This document shows positions 47,020 to 57,652 of a stretch of DNA of 64,000 bases, piece after piece. This stretch comes from an uncultured Oscillospiraceae bacterium. GTDB taxonomy: Bacteria; Bacillota; Clostridia; Oscillospirales; Oscillospiraceae. Both the position numbers and the translations under genes were made by a program. The stretch is from positions 8,234 through 72,233 of the forward strand of contig CAZJCA010000002.1 of NCBI GenBank assembly GCA_964544505.1, written 5' to 3'. Under the pieces are notes generated by a model. The model was given only the letters and a program-made list of their open reading frames with translations, searched no databases and was not told the DNA's origin. Each line of letters starts with the position of its first letter. Position 1 is the first letter of the stretch.

Positions 47020-47847
47020 ATGTCCACTATTATTGAAATCACCGATTTTACCGCTCCGGAGCTGGATGTCTATGCCCGGCTGACGGAAGCCCAGCTTTTA
47101 AACCGCTTTGATCCTGCCAACGCAATGTTCATTGCCGAAAGCCCCAAGGTCATCCATCGGGCGCTGGATGCAGGCTATACGCCTGTGTCCCTGCTGATGG
47201 AACGCAAGGATATTGACGGCTCTGCGGCAGAAATCATTGCCCGGTGTCCGGATACCCCGGTCTTTACCGCTGATGAAGACCTTTTGTGCAATCTGACAGG
47301 ATACCATTTGACCCGTGGGGTTCTGTGCGCCATGCGCCGTCCTCCCCTACCCACCGTGGAAGAAGTCTGCCGGGGTGCTCGTCGGGTTGTGGTGCTGGAA
47401 AGTGTGCAAAACCCCACCAATGTGGGGGCAATTTTCCGTTCCGCTGCGGCACTGGGCATGGATGCGGTACTGCTGACCCCCGGCTGTTCCGACCCTCTGT
47501 ACCGCCGTTCCGCCCGTGTCAGTATGGGTACGGTGTTCCAAATTCCATGGACATTTATTGGCGATGATATCAGCCAGTGGCCTCATCCCGGTATGGAAAG
47601 GTTGCGTGAACTTGGCTTTAAAACCGTTTCCATGGCTCTGCGCAACGATTCCTACGCCGTGGACGATCCCCGACTGCGGCAGGAAGAGAAACTGGCCATC
47701 TTAATGGGCAGCGAAGGAGACGGCCTGACCAGTGACACCATCGCCTCCTGCGATTTCACCGTTAAGATCCCCATGTACCACGATGTAGACTCCCTGAATG
47801 TGGCTGCCGCCAGTGCCGTGGCCTTCTGGGAACTGCGTGTAAGATAA
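47020..47847 (+). CDS. TrmH/SpoU family RNA methyltransferase
   Basis: NPTNVGAIFRSAAALG, GSEGDGL, IPM...DSLNVAAA. Confidence 0.92.
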   Translation: MSTIIEITDFTAPELDVYARLTEAQLLNRFDPANAMFIAESPKVIHRALDAGYTPVSLLMERKDIDGSAAEIIARCPDTPVFTADEDLLCNLTGYHLTRGVLCAMRRPPLPTVEEVCRGARRVVVLESVQNPTNVGAIFRSAAALGMDAVLLTPGCSDPLYRRSARVSMGTVFQIPWTFIGDDISQWPHPGMERLRELGFKTVSMALRNDSYAVDDPRLRQEEKLAILMGSEGDGLTSDTIASCDFTVKIPMYHDVDSLNVAAASAVAFWELRVR

Positions 47848-47856
47848 GGAGTACCT

Positions 47857-48402
47857 ATGCAACTGCAACACGGACGGCCTGCCGATTGTGCCGGTCGCTT
47901 AGAAAAAGAAATTCGATGCTATGACCTGCTGGACAGCCTGGAGCTATCCTATGAACGGGTAGACCATGAAAAAGCTGACACCATGGAGATCTGCGCCGCC
48001 ATCGATGCCGTTTTGGGCGGCCCGATCTGTAAAAATCTACTGCTATGCAACCGGCAGTGCACCAGCTTTTATCTGCTGCTGATGCCCGGCGATAAGGTGT
48101 TTAAAACCAAAGACCTGTCCGCCCAGATCGGATCTTCCCGCTTAAGCTTTGCCGACGGCAGCTATATGGAGCAGTTTTTGGATATCACCCCCGGTTCGCT
48201 GAGCATTCTGGGGCTGATGAACGACCAGGAAAACAGGGTACAGCTTTTGATCGACGAAGATATTTTAAAGGACGAATTCATCGGCTGCCACCCCTGCATC
48301 AACACATCTTCCCTGCGGCTGCGTACTGACGATGTGCAAAACATCCTCATTCCGGCGCTCAAGCATCCCCCCACCATCGTCCGGCTCCCAAAATATGAAT
48401 AA
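47857..48402 (+). CDS. YbaK/ProX (PrdX-like) aminoacyl-tRNA editing protein
   Basis: CKNLLL, RLSFA, PGSLSILGLMND, HPCINTSS. Confidence 0.85.
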   Translation: MQLQHGRPADCAGRLEKEIRCYDLLDSLELSYERVDHEKADTMEICAAIDAVLGGPICKNLLLCNRQCTSFYLLLMPGDKVFKTKDLSAQIGSSRLSFADGSYMEQFLDITPGSLSILGLMNDQENRVQLLIDEDILKDEFIGCHPCINTSSLRLRTDDVQNILIPALKHPPTIVRLPKYE

Positions 48403-48434
48403 CAATAGGGCGTGCCTTCGCACGCCCTTCCTTT

Positions 48435-48839
48435 TTAAATATCTTCCGCATCCAGCACCCGGATGCCCTTTTCTTTTAACGCCTGCGCCAATGTGCCCAT
48501 GCCATCGATCAGGCGACCGGAGAAAGTGCCGTCGTAAACCTGATGAACGCCGCAGGTAGGACTCCTGGATTTCAAAATCGCCAGATCCACATCTGTGTTT
48601 TCTTCCACGATTTTTGCCACAGCCTTGCGGATGGGTTCGTCAACCACCGTGCCTTCTTTGTTTATAAGCACCCCATCCACGATCTCCATGGGCACCCGAG
48701 GCACCCCAAGGATCTCTTCCGGGCAAACAGGGACGATCTCATACCCCTGCAAGAACGATACCACTTTTTCGTTCAGATTATTGCCGCCGTTATACTTACA
48801 ATTTCTCCCCAGCAGGCATGCACTGACCATGATTTTCAC
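48435..48839 (-). CDS. DUF523 / 2-thiouracil desulfurase family protein
   Basis: VSACLLG..CKYNG, VCPE, LKSRSPTCG, YDGTF; GTG start. Confidence 0.88.
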   Translation of the reverse strand: MKIMVSACLLGRNCKYNGGNNLNEKVVSFLQGYEIVPVCPEEILGVPRVPMEIVDGVLINKEGTVVDEPIRKAVAKIVEENTDVDLAILKSRSPTCGVHQVYDGTFSGRLIDGMGTLAQALKEKGIRVLDAEDI

Positions 48840-48960
48840 GAAACCACCCCTTTTTTCACAAGCATAGCAGAATTTTTAAAAAGAAGCAAGAAATTTTCTG
48901 TACTTTCGCCGCTGACAATGTTATAATGGTAAAAGATAAATAAAAAGGAGCTGATTTTTT

Positions 48961-49416
48961 ATGGATCACGGTCAGTATGCCGCCCAGCTTTTTGTGGAAG
49001 GTTACAACTGTGCTCAGGCAGTGGCAGTGGCATTTTCCGATGTGACCGGACTGGATGCCAAGCAGGCAGCCAAAATGGTTTCCCCCTTTGGCGGTGGCTT
49101 TGGTCGCCAGAGAGAGGTCTGCGGTGCTGTCAGCGGTATGTGCTTCGTTTTGGGCACCCTTTACGGCTACGACAGTCCCAATCCCGAAAAGCAGCTGGCA
49201 GTTTACGCCGATGTGCAGGCACTGTGCGGTCAATTCCGGGAAAAAGCAGGCAGCATCATTTGCCGGGAACTTTTAAACGATCCTCCCTCCGATCCTGCCC
49301 CCACCCCTCGCACTGCCGAATACTACGCCAAGCGCCCCTGCGCCCGAATGGTACTGCTGGCAGCAACCCTTCTGGACGAATACATTCAAAATCATCCCCT
49401 TGCTGAAAATAAATAA
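48961..49416 (+). CDS. C-GCAxxG-C-C family redox protein
   Basis: YNCAQAV, FGGG, VCGAVSG, ICREL, final PC. Confidence 0.88.
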   Translation: MDHGQYAAQLFVEGYNCAQAVAVAFSDVTGLDAKQAAKMVSPFGGGFGRQREVCGAVSGMCFVLGTLYGYDSPNPEKQLAVYADVQALCGQFREKAGSIICRELLNDPPSDPAPTPRTAEYYAKRPCARMVLLAATLLDEYIQNHPLAENK

Positions 49417-49422
49417 GGATAG

Positions 49423-51114
49423 GTGAACACCATGTATATGACAAACTACAACCGTTGGAAGGAATTCCCTCTGGAGGACAATGACCTGCGTGAAGAGCTT
49501 TCTTCCATTGAAGGCAATGAAACCGAGATCAAAGACCGCTTCGCCGTGGCGCTGAAGTTCGGCACAGCAGGTCTTCGTGGCGTGCTGGGTGCAGGCTCCA
49601 ACCGCATGAACATTTATGTGGTGCGCCAGGCCACCCAGGGTCTTGCCAACTGGGTCAAAACCCAGGGTGGCAATCAGCTGGTCGCCATTTCCTACGACAG
49701 CCGCATTAAAAGTGACCTGTTCGCAAAAACCGCTGCCTGCGTGCTGGCTGCCAACGGCATTCGTGTCCGCATCTATGATGCGCTGATGCCCGTGCCCGCC
49801 CTGAGCTTTGCCACCCGTTACTACAAGGCCAACGCCGGTATTATGGTCACCGCTTCTCACAACCCTGCTAAGTACAACGGCTACAAGGCCTACGGACCCG
49901 ACGGTTGCCAGATGACCGACGAAGCCGCCGCTGTTGTTTACGCCGAGATTCAGAACACCGATATTCTCACCGGCGCCAAGATCATGGACTTTGATACCGC
50001 CGTCGCCCAGGGCCTCATTGAGTATGTTGGCGACGACTGCAAGGAAGCCCTGTACGATGCCATCAAGGCTTGCCAAGTTCGTCCGGGTCTTTGCAAGACT
50101 GCCGGTCTGAAACTGGTCTACTCCCCTCTGAATGGTTCCGGCCTTGTTCCCGTGACACGAATTCTGAACGACATCGGCATTACGGACATCACCATTGTCC
50201 CCGAGCAGGAGCACCCCGACGGCAACTTCCCCACCTGTCCCTACCCCAACCCGGAAATTTACGAGGCTCTGCATCTGGGTCTGGAACTTGCAAAAACCAG
50301 CGGTGCTGACCTGATGCTGGCTACCGACCCGGATGCTGACCGTGTTGGCATTGCCATCCGCTGCCCCGACGGCTCTTATGAGCTGGTCTCCGGCAACGAA
50401 GTTGGCGTTCTGCTGCTGGATTACATCTGCGCCGGACGCACGGAAAACGGCACCATGCCCCAGCACGCCGTTGCCGTCAAGAGTCTTGTCTCTACCCCCC
50501 TGGCCGATGCCGTCGCCGCCCACTATGGCGTAGAGCTGCGCAGCGTGCTGACCGGCTTTAAGTGGATCGGCGACCAGATCGCACGACTGGAAAATGTCGG
50601 CGAAGTGGAGCGGTTCATCTTCGGCTTTGAGGAAAGCTACGGCTATCTGGCTGGCCCCTATGTCCGGGATAAGGATGCAGTGGTTGCCTCTATGCTGATC
50701 TGCGAAATGGCAGCCTACTATCGTTCCATCGGTTCTTCCATTAAGGAGCGGCTGGAAAGCATCTACGCTCAGTACGGCCGCTATCTGAACAAGGTGGAGT
50801 CCTTCGAGTTCCCCGGTCTGGACGGCATGGACAAGATGGCAGGCATTATGTCCTTCCTTCGTGACCATGCACCGGCTGCCATTGCAGGCTATGATGTGGT
50901 GTCCGTCACCGACTATCTCAAGCCCGAAGAAACCGGCTTGCCCGCCTCCAATGTGCTGATCTACGGTCTTGCAGGCGGTGCAACGGTGGTGGTTCGCCCC
51001 TCCGGCACGGAGCCCAAGATCAAGGCCTACTTCACCACCCTTGGCAAAGACCTGGCAGAAGCCGAAGAGCAAAAGCAGGAGCTGGCTGATGCCCTGCGCC
51101 CCCTGTTCTCCTAA
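49423..51114 (+). CDS. Phosphoglucomutase / phosphomannomutase
   Basis: FGTAGLRG, TASHNP, DPDADR, FEESYG, RPSGTEPK. Confidence 0.93.
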   Translation: MNTMYMTNYNRWKEFPLEDNDLREELSSIEGNETEIKDRFAVALKFGTAGLRGVLGAGSNRMNIYVVRQATQGLANWVKTQGGNQLVAISYDSRIKSDLFAKTAACVLAANGIRVRIYDALMPVPALSFATRYYKANAGIMVTASHNPAKYNGYKAYGPDGCQMTDEAAAVVYAEIQNTDILTGAKIMDFDTAVAQGLIEYVGDDCKEALYDAIKACQVRPGLCKTAGLKLVYSPLNGSGLVPVTRILNDIGITDITIVPEQEHPDGNFPTCPYPNPEIYEALHLGLELAKTSGADLMLATDPDADRVGIAIRCPDGSYELVSGNEVGVLLLDYICAGRTENGTMPQHAVAVKSLVSTPLADAVAAHYGVELRSVLTGFKWIGDQIARLENVGEVERFIFGFEESYGYLAGPYVRDKDAVVASMLICEMAAYYRSIGSSIKERLESIYAQYGRYLNKVESFEFPGLDGMDKMAGIMSFLRDHAPAAIAGYDVVSVTDYLKPEETGLPASNVLIYGLAGGATVVVRPSGTEPKIKAYFTTLGKDLAEAEEQKQELADALRPLFS

Positions 51115-51198
51115 AAACGCTCAGATGCACCGCTTGTGCGGTGCATCTTTTTTGTATATTTTTCACCGAGAGTGTGCAAAATTTTCTCGGTGATATAC

Positions 51199-52509
51199 AT
51201 GATGAATTCCATTTGGGCAGAAACGCCCCTGCCTCACTTTTCCACATTACTGGGCGATCACAGAACCGAGGTGCTGGTTGTCGGCGGCGGTATGGCAGGA
51301 CTTCTGTGCGCCTATCAGCTAAAAAAAGCAGGCATTGAGACCATTTTATTGGAGGCAGACCGTATTTGCAGCGGTGTTACCTCCAAAACCACTGCAAAAA
51401 TCACTTCCCAGCACGGACTTATTTATCACAAACTGCTGGACAGTCTGGGAAAAGAACAGGCAAAACTCTATCTCCAAGCCAACGAAGATGCGGTCAAAGA
51501 GTATTACACTCTGTGCAAACAGATCCCCTGCCATTTTGAAAGTCAATCGGCCTATGTCTACGCCCTGCAAGACCGGCAGGCTCTGGAGCAGGAAGTGCAT
51601 GCACTGCACCTTCTGGGCTATCCTGCCGGGTTAAAAGAGGATCTTCCCCTTCCCTTTCAAACCGCGGGTGCAGTCAAGTTCAGACGGCAAGCCCAGTTTC
51701 ATCCCCTGGAATTTGCTGCCCACATCGCAAAAGAGCTGACCCTCTTTGAAAATAGCCCAGTCCGCAAGTTGGATGGCACCACCGCCATCACGGACACAGG
51801 CCGCATTGTTGCAAAAAAGGTGATCGTTGCCACCCATTTTCCTTTTCTCAACCGCCACGGCAGTTATTTTTTAAAACTTTATCAGCAGCGCAGCTATGTG
51901 CTGGCTCTGGAAAATACGGATTTTCCGGGCGGTATGTATATCGGCGAGGAAGAAAACAGTCTGTCCTTCCGGGGCTGCGATGGCCTGCTTTTACTGGGCG
52001 GCGGTGGGCACCGCACCGGCAAAAAGGGGGGCAACTGGCAGCTATTATGGGACTTTGCCCAAAAAGCCTACCCCCACGCCCGGGAAGTGGGAAGATGGGC
52101 CACCCAGGACTGCATGAGTCTGGACGGTATGCCCTACATCGGGCAATATTCCAAAAACACGCCAAATCTGTTTGTTGCCACCGGCTTTAACAAATGGGGC
52201 ATGACCACTTCCATGGTGGCAGCGAACATGTTGACCGATCTGGTACAGGGAAAGGAAAATGCCTATGCCCAGCTCTTTTCCCCCGCTCGCAGCATCTTAA
52301 AACCGCAATTGGCGGTCAACGCACTGGAATCCACCTTGAACTTGCTGCGCCCCACCCGTCCTCGCTGCCCCCACTTGGGCTGTGCCCTGAAATGGAACAG
52401 CAGTGAGCGCAGCTGGGACTGCGCCTGCCACGGCTCTCGGTTCTCAGAAGACGGTCAATTGCTGGACGGCCCGGCACAACAGGATCTAAAAAGCGATCCC
52501 TCCGGCTAA
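51199..52509 (+). CDS. FAD-dependent oxidoreductase with C-terminal Rieske domain (YhfW-like)
   Basis: VVGGGMAG, TGFNKWG, CPHLGC and WDCACHGSRF. Confidence 0.9.
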   Translation: MMNSIWAETPLPHFSTLLGDHRTEVLVVGGGMAGLLCAYQLKKAGIETILLEADRICSGVTSKTTAKITSQHGLIYHKLLDSLGKEQAKLYLQANEDAVKEYYTLCKQIPCHFESQSAYVYALQDRQALEQEVHALHLLGYPAGLKEDLPLPFQTAGAVKFRRQAQFHPLEFAAHIAKELTLFENSPVRKLDGTTAITDTGRIVAKKVIVATHFPFLNRHGSYFLKLYQQRSYVLALENTDFPGGMYIGEEENSLSFRGCDGLLLLGGGGHRTGKKGGNWQLLWDFAQKAYPHAREVGRWATQDCMSLDGMPYIGQYSKNTPNLFVATGFNKWGMTTSMVAANMLTDLVQGKENAYAQLFSPARSILKPQLAVNALESTLNLLRPTRPRCPHLGCALKWNSSERSWDCACHGSRFSEDGQLLDGPAQQDLKSDPSG

Positions 52510-52525
52510 GCCGGAGGGATTTGCA

Positions 52526-53176
52526 TTATTCCATAGGTTCTTTTTGCAGCAGGTCTGCATAGATGCCCCCAAAGCGATCCAACTCCTGTGCCAGAAAGCC
52601 TGCCATCTTCACCGCACCTTCCACCTTCAGGTGGGTATTGTCTTTGGGCCAGACGAACAAAGGCTTGGAAGGCTCGTCTCCCAACTGGGGCAAATAGGCT
52701 TCCGTCAGAGCAGTCAAATCGGCAACAGGCACATTTTCTTCTGCCCCCACGATTCGCACCGCTTCCGGGTATGCACCGTGGCTACCGGGGCGGAAATTGC
52801 CCTGTTCGTCAAACAGCCGCCGGGAAATAGGGGTAATGAGCACCGGGTGTGCCCCTCTGTTTCTGGCCTCACGGATGAAAAAGCGCAAATTATCCCGGAA
52901 AGAGCCGTCTGCATCCGTATGCCGGGCAGGATCGTCCTTTTCATCATTGTGACCAAACTGGATGAATAGGAAATCCCCCTTTTCCATCCCCTGCTGGGCA
53001 GGGACAAAGCGCCCTTCATCCAAAAAAGACTTGGTGCTTCTGCCATTCTTCGCCAGGGAGACCACCTGCACTTCATCACGCAAATACAGGGGCAAGGCCT
53101 GAGACATCCCCGTTTGGGGATAGGTGTGTATCTTATTGACAGCAACGGTACTGTCGCCAATGTAGTAGATTTTCAT
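52526..53176 (-). CDS. SGNH/GDSL esterase, rhamnogalacturonan acetylesterase-like
   Basis: GDST, GRSTKSF, QFGHND, DNTH; start re-called at MKIYYIG. Confidence 0.88.
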   Translation of the reverse strand: MKIYYIGDSTVAVNKIHTYPQTGMSQALPLYLRDEVQVVSLAKNGRSTKSFLDEGRFVPAQQGMEKGDFLFIQFGHNDEKDDPARHTDADGSFRDNLRFFIREARNRGAHPVLITPISRRLFDEQGNFRPGSHGAYPEAVRIVGAEENVPVADLTALTEAYLPQLGDEPSKPLFVWPKDNTHLKVEGAVKMAGFLAQELDRFGGIYADLLQKEPME

Positions 53177-53319
53177 CTTCGCTACCTCCATTATTTTTCT
53201 GCCTTGATTATACCCAGCTGCGCATGCTTTGGCAAGCCCTTTTTCCTATTGCAAAACCCCTGTAAAAGGAGTATAATGGTTTTAATTTCATGATTACCTG
53301 ATCGCAAAGGAGACTGTCT

Positions 53320-54678
53320 ATGAATATTATTATTGCAGGCAGCGGCAAAGTCGGCACTACCCTGGCTCGCCGCCTTTCCGAAGAAGGCTATAATTTGACT
53401 TTGATTGACTCCGATCCCAAGGTTCTTTCGGATGTGTGCGAGGACTGCGATGTGATCGGCGTGCGTGGAAACTGCGCTTCCATGCAGGTATTACAGCAGG
53501 CCGGTGTGGCCGATGCAGACCTTCTGATCGCCGCCACCAGCCAGGATGAAGTAAACCTTCTATGCTGCACCACCGCCCATGGCATCAACCCCAAGCTGCA
53601 CACCATCGGGCGCATCCGCAACCCGGACTACACCCAGCAGATTTATGCCATGCGGGATGTATTCGCCCTTTCTCTGGCAGTCAACCCCGAAAAGCAGTCC
53701 GCCAACGAAATTGAAAGTCTGCTCCGCTTCCCCGGCTTCCTCCAGAGAGATACCTTTGCCCAAGGTCGTACCGCCATTGTAGAACTGCGGGTAGACCGGG
53801 ACAGCAAACTGCGCAATGTCACCTTGAATTCCCTTAACAGCATCGTCAAGTGCAAGGTGCTGGTCTGCGCTGTCTTGCGCAAGGGAAATGCCGTTACCCC
53901 CGGCGGTACTTTTGTGCTGCAGGAAGGGGACCGAATCTTCGTCACCGCTCCCAGCAGCAGTCTTTCCGTACTGCTGAAAAATCTGGGGATCATCACCCGT
54001 CGTGCCCGAAAGGTCATCCTCTGCGGCGGCAGCCGCATTGGCTACTATCTTGCCCAGCAGCTGTGTCACGACGGTGTCTCCGTGTGCCTGATCGAGCAGG
54101 ATCGGCAGCAGTGCGACCATTTGGCCTCTGCCCTGCCGGAAGCCACCATCATCCACGGCGATGCCACCGACAAATCTCTGCTGGAAGACTACGGTCTTTC
54201 CACCTGTGATGCCCTGATTTCTCTAACCGGCACAGACGAGATGAACATGATCATCTCCCTCTATGCCAACACCCGAGGAGTTCCTCAGGTCATCACCAAA
54301 CTGGGCCATACCGAAAATCGCAGTATCAGCCACAACCTGTCCCTGGGCAGCGTGGTATCCCCCAGAGATCTGTGCTGCGATACCATCGTCCGATATGTCC
54401 GTGCCATGAGCAATCTGACAGGCACCGCAGAAAGTGTCCATACCATTGCCGACGGTCAGGTAGAAGCCGTTGAGTTCCGGGTAGACGAGCATACCCTCCA
54501 CCACGGTACGCCCCTGAAAGAGATCCGCCTAAAGCCGGATGTACTGCTGGTCAGCATCACCCACGGTGCCCAGACCGAGATCCCCGGTGGTAACTCCATC
54601 TTCCTGGAAGGGGATACCATCGTTGCAGTCACCAGCCGCCGAGGCTCTTTGCGGCAGGTCAACGACATCTTTGCGTAA
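53320..54678 (+). CDS. trkA: Trk potassium uptake protein TrkA
   Basis: Two RCK N/C pairs, GSGKVG and GGSRIG. Confidence 0.92.
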   Translation: MNIIIAGSGKVGTTLARRLSEEGYNLTLIDSDPKVLSDVCEDCDVIGVRGNCASMQVLQQAGVADADLLIAATSQDEVNLLCCTTAHGINPKLHTIGRIRNPDYTQQIYAMRDVFALSLAVNPEKQSANEIESLLRFPGFLQRDTFAQGRTAIVELRVDRDSKLRNVTLNSLNSIVKCKVLVCAVLRKGNAVTPGGTFVLQEGDRIFVTAPSSSLSVLLKNLGIITRRARKVILCGGSRIGYYLAQQLCHDGVSVCLIEQDRQQCDHLASALPEATIIHGDATDKSLLEDYGLSTCDALISLTGTDEMNMIISLYANTRGVPQVITKLGHTENRSISHNLSLGSVVSPRDLCCDTIVRYVRAMSNLTGTAESVHTIADGQVEAVEFRVDEHTLHHGTPLKEIRLKPDVLLVSITHGAQTEIPGGNSIFLEGDTIVAVTSRRGSLRQVNDIFA

Positions 54679-54693
54679 GATAGGGGCCTGAGT

Positions 54694-56142
54694 ATGAACT
54701 ATAAAATGATGGGGCGGTTTGCCGCCAAGATTTTGCTGATCGAGTGCCTGTTTATGATCCCGGCCGCTTTGGTCAGCCTGTTCTACGGGGAGTGGAAAGC
54801 GCTGCAAAGCTTTATCGCCACCATGCTGCTGATCGCAGCTACCTATGGTCTTCTGACCCTGCTTTCCCGGAAAGCAAGCACCAACTTCAACTCCCGGGAA
54901 GGTCTGGTATGCGTGGGCATGAGCTGGATCGTCATGAGTCTTTTTGGCTGTCTTCCCTTCTGGTTTTCCCGAGAGATTCCCCACTATGTAGACGCTTTTT
55001 TTGAGATCGTCTCCGGTTTTACCACCACCGGTTCTTCCATTTTGGCTGATGTGGAAAGCCTGTCCAGAGGTCTTCTGTACTGGCGCAGCTTCAGCCATTG
55101 GCTGGGCGGCATGGGCGTGTTGGCACTGTTGTTAGCCTTGGTTCCCGGCAGTCAGGGTGCCGGAAATACCATCCATCTGCTCAAGGCAGAAAGCCCCGGC
55201 CCGGATGTCGGCAAGCTTGTACCTAAAATCCGGCAGACCGCCGCCATTCCGTATATTATTTACATTGTGCTGACCATTCTGAACATCATCTTCCTGCTCG
55301 TCGGCAAAATGCCTCTGCTGGATGCAGCCTGTACCGCCTTCGGCACGGCAGGCACTGGTGGTCTGGGCATTTACAACGACTCCATGGCCAGTTGCACCCC
55401 CTACATCATCAATGTTACCACCGTATTCATGTTCCTGTTCGGCATCAACTTCACCTGCTATTATCTGATTTTGATCCGCCAGGTCAAAAGTGTGTTCAAG
55501 GACGAAGAATTACGGCTGTATTTGATTTTGGTTGCCATATCCATTATCCTTATCACGCTCAATATCCACACTTCCTATGGTACGCTGGGCGAGACCTTGC
55601 GCCACGCCGCTTTCCAGGTATCCTCCATCATCACCACCACAGGCTATTCTTCCTGCAACTTTGACCTGTGGCCCAGCTTCTCCAAAGCAATTCTGGTCAT
55701 TTTGATGATGGTTGGCGCCTGTGCAGGCTCTACCGGCGGTGGTTTCAAATGCTCTCGCCTTCTTTTGATCGTAAAGAGTTTAAAGCGGAGAGTCAACCAA
55801 CTTCGCAATCCTCATCAGGTACAGGTCATTCGTATCAATGGTCGTGTTGTTGATGAAAAAGTTGTTGATACCGCCCATGCTTTTCTGATTGCCTATGTAT
55901 TGATCCTGTTCTTAAGCTTTTTGGTGGTTTCACTGGACAATTTCTCCTTCGGAACAAATTTTACAGCTGTTATCGCCTGTATCAACAACATTGGCCCTGG
56001 ACTAGAACAGGTCGGTCCCATCTGCAATTTTAGTGCATACAGCACCCTAAGTAAACTCGTGCTGATTTTTGATATGCTTGCAGGCCGTTTGGGGCTGTTC
56101 CCCATTCTGGTTTTGTTCTCCCGATCCACCTGGAAGAGATAA
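54694..56142 (+). CDS. trkH: Trk potassium uptake membrane protein TrkH
   Basis: Pore motifs SGFTTTG, TAGTGG, ITTTG, NNIGPG; WLGGMG; GACAGSTGGG. Confidence 0.92.
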   Translation: MNYKMMGRFAAKILLIECLFMIPAALVSLFYGEWKALQSFIATMLLIAATYGLLTLLSRKASTNFNSREGLVCVGMSWIVMSLFGCLPFWFSREIPHYVDAFFEIVSGFTTTGSSILADVESLSRGLLYWRSFSHWLGGMGVLALLLALVPGSQGAGNTIHLLKAESPGPDVGKLVPKIRQTAAIPYIIYIVLTILNIIFLLVGKMPLLDAACTAFGTAGTGGLGIYNDSMASCTPYIINVTTVFMFLFGINFTCYYLILIRQVKSVFKDEELRLYLILVAISIILITLNIHTSYGTLGETLRHAAFQVSSIITTTGYSSCNFDLWPSFSKAILVILMMVGACAGSTGGGFKCSRLLLIVKSLKRRVNQLRNPHQVQVIRINGRVVDEKVVDTAHAFLIAYVLILFLSFLVVSLDNFSFGTNFTAVIACINNIGPGLEQVGPICNFSAYSTLSKLVLIFDMLAGRLGLFPILVLFSRSTWKR

Positions 56143-56274
56143 ATTTCTCCATTTACAAAAATTTTTCTTGCATTTTGGAAAAAACAGTACCATAATAAAA
56201 GATGTGGGTTTTTCCGCCCATCTTAATCTTTTGATCTGCTCGGCTGTGAACAGCCGGAGAAATGAGGCATCGCT

Positions 56275-57465
56275 ATGGAGAGAAAAATCGGAACAACTTC
56301 CCGGGGTATTCGTTGCCCCATTATCCGTCAAGGCGATCATTTAGCCAATATCGTGGTAGACAGCGTGCTGGATGCTGCCCAAAGCGAGGGCTTCTCCCTG
56401 CGTGACCGGGATGTGGTTGCGGTCACAGAGTCTGTGGTGGCTCGTGCCCAGGGTAACTACGCATCCATCGACGCCATCGCCACTGATGTCCGGGAAAAGC
56501 TGGGCGGTGAGACCATTGGTGTCATCTTCCCCATTCTGTCCCGTAACCGTTTTGCCATCTGTCTGCGTGGCATTGCAAAGGGTGCAAAGAAAGTGGTACT
56601 GATGCTTTCCTACCCCTCCGATGAGGTGGGCAATGCTTTGGTATCCCTGGATCAGCTGGACGAAGCCGGGGTCAATCCCTACTCCGATGTGCTGACCGAG
56701 GAAAAATACCGTCAGCTCTTCGGCTCCAACCCCCACCCCTTTACAGGTGTTGACTATGTGTCCTATTATTCTGATCTTATCCGGGAAATGGGCGCTGAGG
56801 TGGAGGTCATCTTCGCCAACGACTGCCGCACCATTTTGAATTACACCAAAAACGTGCTCCACTGCGACATTCACTCCCGGAAACGCACCCACCGTCTGCT
56901 TTTGGCAAACGGCGCAGAGCGGGTCTGCGGTCTGGATGATATTCTGACCGCCAGCATTGACGGCAGCGGCTATAACGAGCGCTTTGGCCTGCTGGGCTCT
57001 AACAAGTCCACCGAAGACACCGTCAAACTCTTCCCCAAGGACTGCAATGACCTGGTGCTGGATATCCAGAATCAGTTCCTGGAGCGCACCGGCAAGCATA
57101 TCGAAGTCATGGTCTATGGCGACGGCGCTTTCAAAGATCCTGTGGGTCAAATTTGGGAACTGGCTGATCCCAGCGTTTCCGTGGCACACACCCCCGGTCT
57201 GGAAGGCACCCCCAATGAGCTGAAGCTGAAATATCTGGCTGACAACGATTTTGCCGCTCTGTCCGGCAAAGCGTTGAAAGAAGCCATTGAAGGTGCCATC
57301 CGTGCCAAGAGTGGCTCTTTGGTCGGCTCCATGGCCTCTCAGGGTACCACCCCCCGTCGGCTGACCGACCTGATCGGATCTCTGTGCGATCTGACCAGCG
57401 GTTCCGGCGATAAGGGCACTCCCGTGATTTTGGTACAGGGCTACTTCGACAATTACACCAACTAA
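56275..57465 (+). CDS. Coenzyme F420-0:L-glutamate ligase (CofE)-like family protein
   Basis: GIRCPIIRQGD.L, VAVTESVVARAQG, DLTSGSGDKGTP. Confidence 0.8.
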   Translation: MERKIGTTSRGIRCPIIRQGDHLANIVVDSVLDAAQSEGFSLRDRDVVAVTESVVARAQGNYASIDAIATDVREKLGGETIGVIFPILSRNRFAICLRGIAKGAKKVVLMLSYPSDEVGNALVSLDQLDEAGVNPYSDVLTEEKYRQLFGSNPHPFTGVDYVSYYSDLIREMGAEVEVIFANDCRTILNYTKNVLHCDIHSRKRTHRLLLANGAERVCGLDDILTASIDGSGYNERFGLLGSNKSTEDTVKLFPKDCNDLVLDIQNQFLERTGKHIEVMVYGDGAFKDPVGQIWELADPSVSVAHTPGLEGTPNELKLKYLADNDFAALSGKALKEAIEGAIRAKSGSLVGSMASQGTTPRRLTDLIGSLCDLTSGSGDKGTPVILVQGYFDNYTN

Positions 57466-57470
57466 GCTTT

Positions 57471-57499
57471 GCGGCTCTCCATCCGGAGAGCCGCTTTTT
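57471..57499 (+). terminator. Intrinsic terminator
   Basis: GCGGCTCTCC-ATCC-GGAGAGCCGC followed by TTTTT. Confidence 0.8.
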
Positions 57500-57546
57500 C
57501 CCTTCTTACAGCAAAACAATATCTGACATATTTTTTCATTTTTTCC

Positions 57547-57652
57547 TTGACAGTGACCTGCCACAGTGTTATAATTTTCAAGGGCTACTCCGAGGGCTGC
57601 GTTGCAGCAGCAGGATCTAGCCTTTTCTTATGACAAAAAGGAGGATAACATT
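57547..57652 (+). promoter_or_regulatory. pyr operon promoter and structured leader
   Basis: Consensus TTGACA-17-TATAAT with extended TG; predicted +1 GGGC at 57582; alternative pairings around the RBS. Confidence 0.7.

Noticed and set aside
56196-56274. Two hairpins before the CofE-like gene as a riboswitch
   Set aside because: Too short and lacking conserved motifs of any riboswitch class I can recognise
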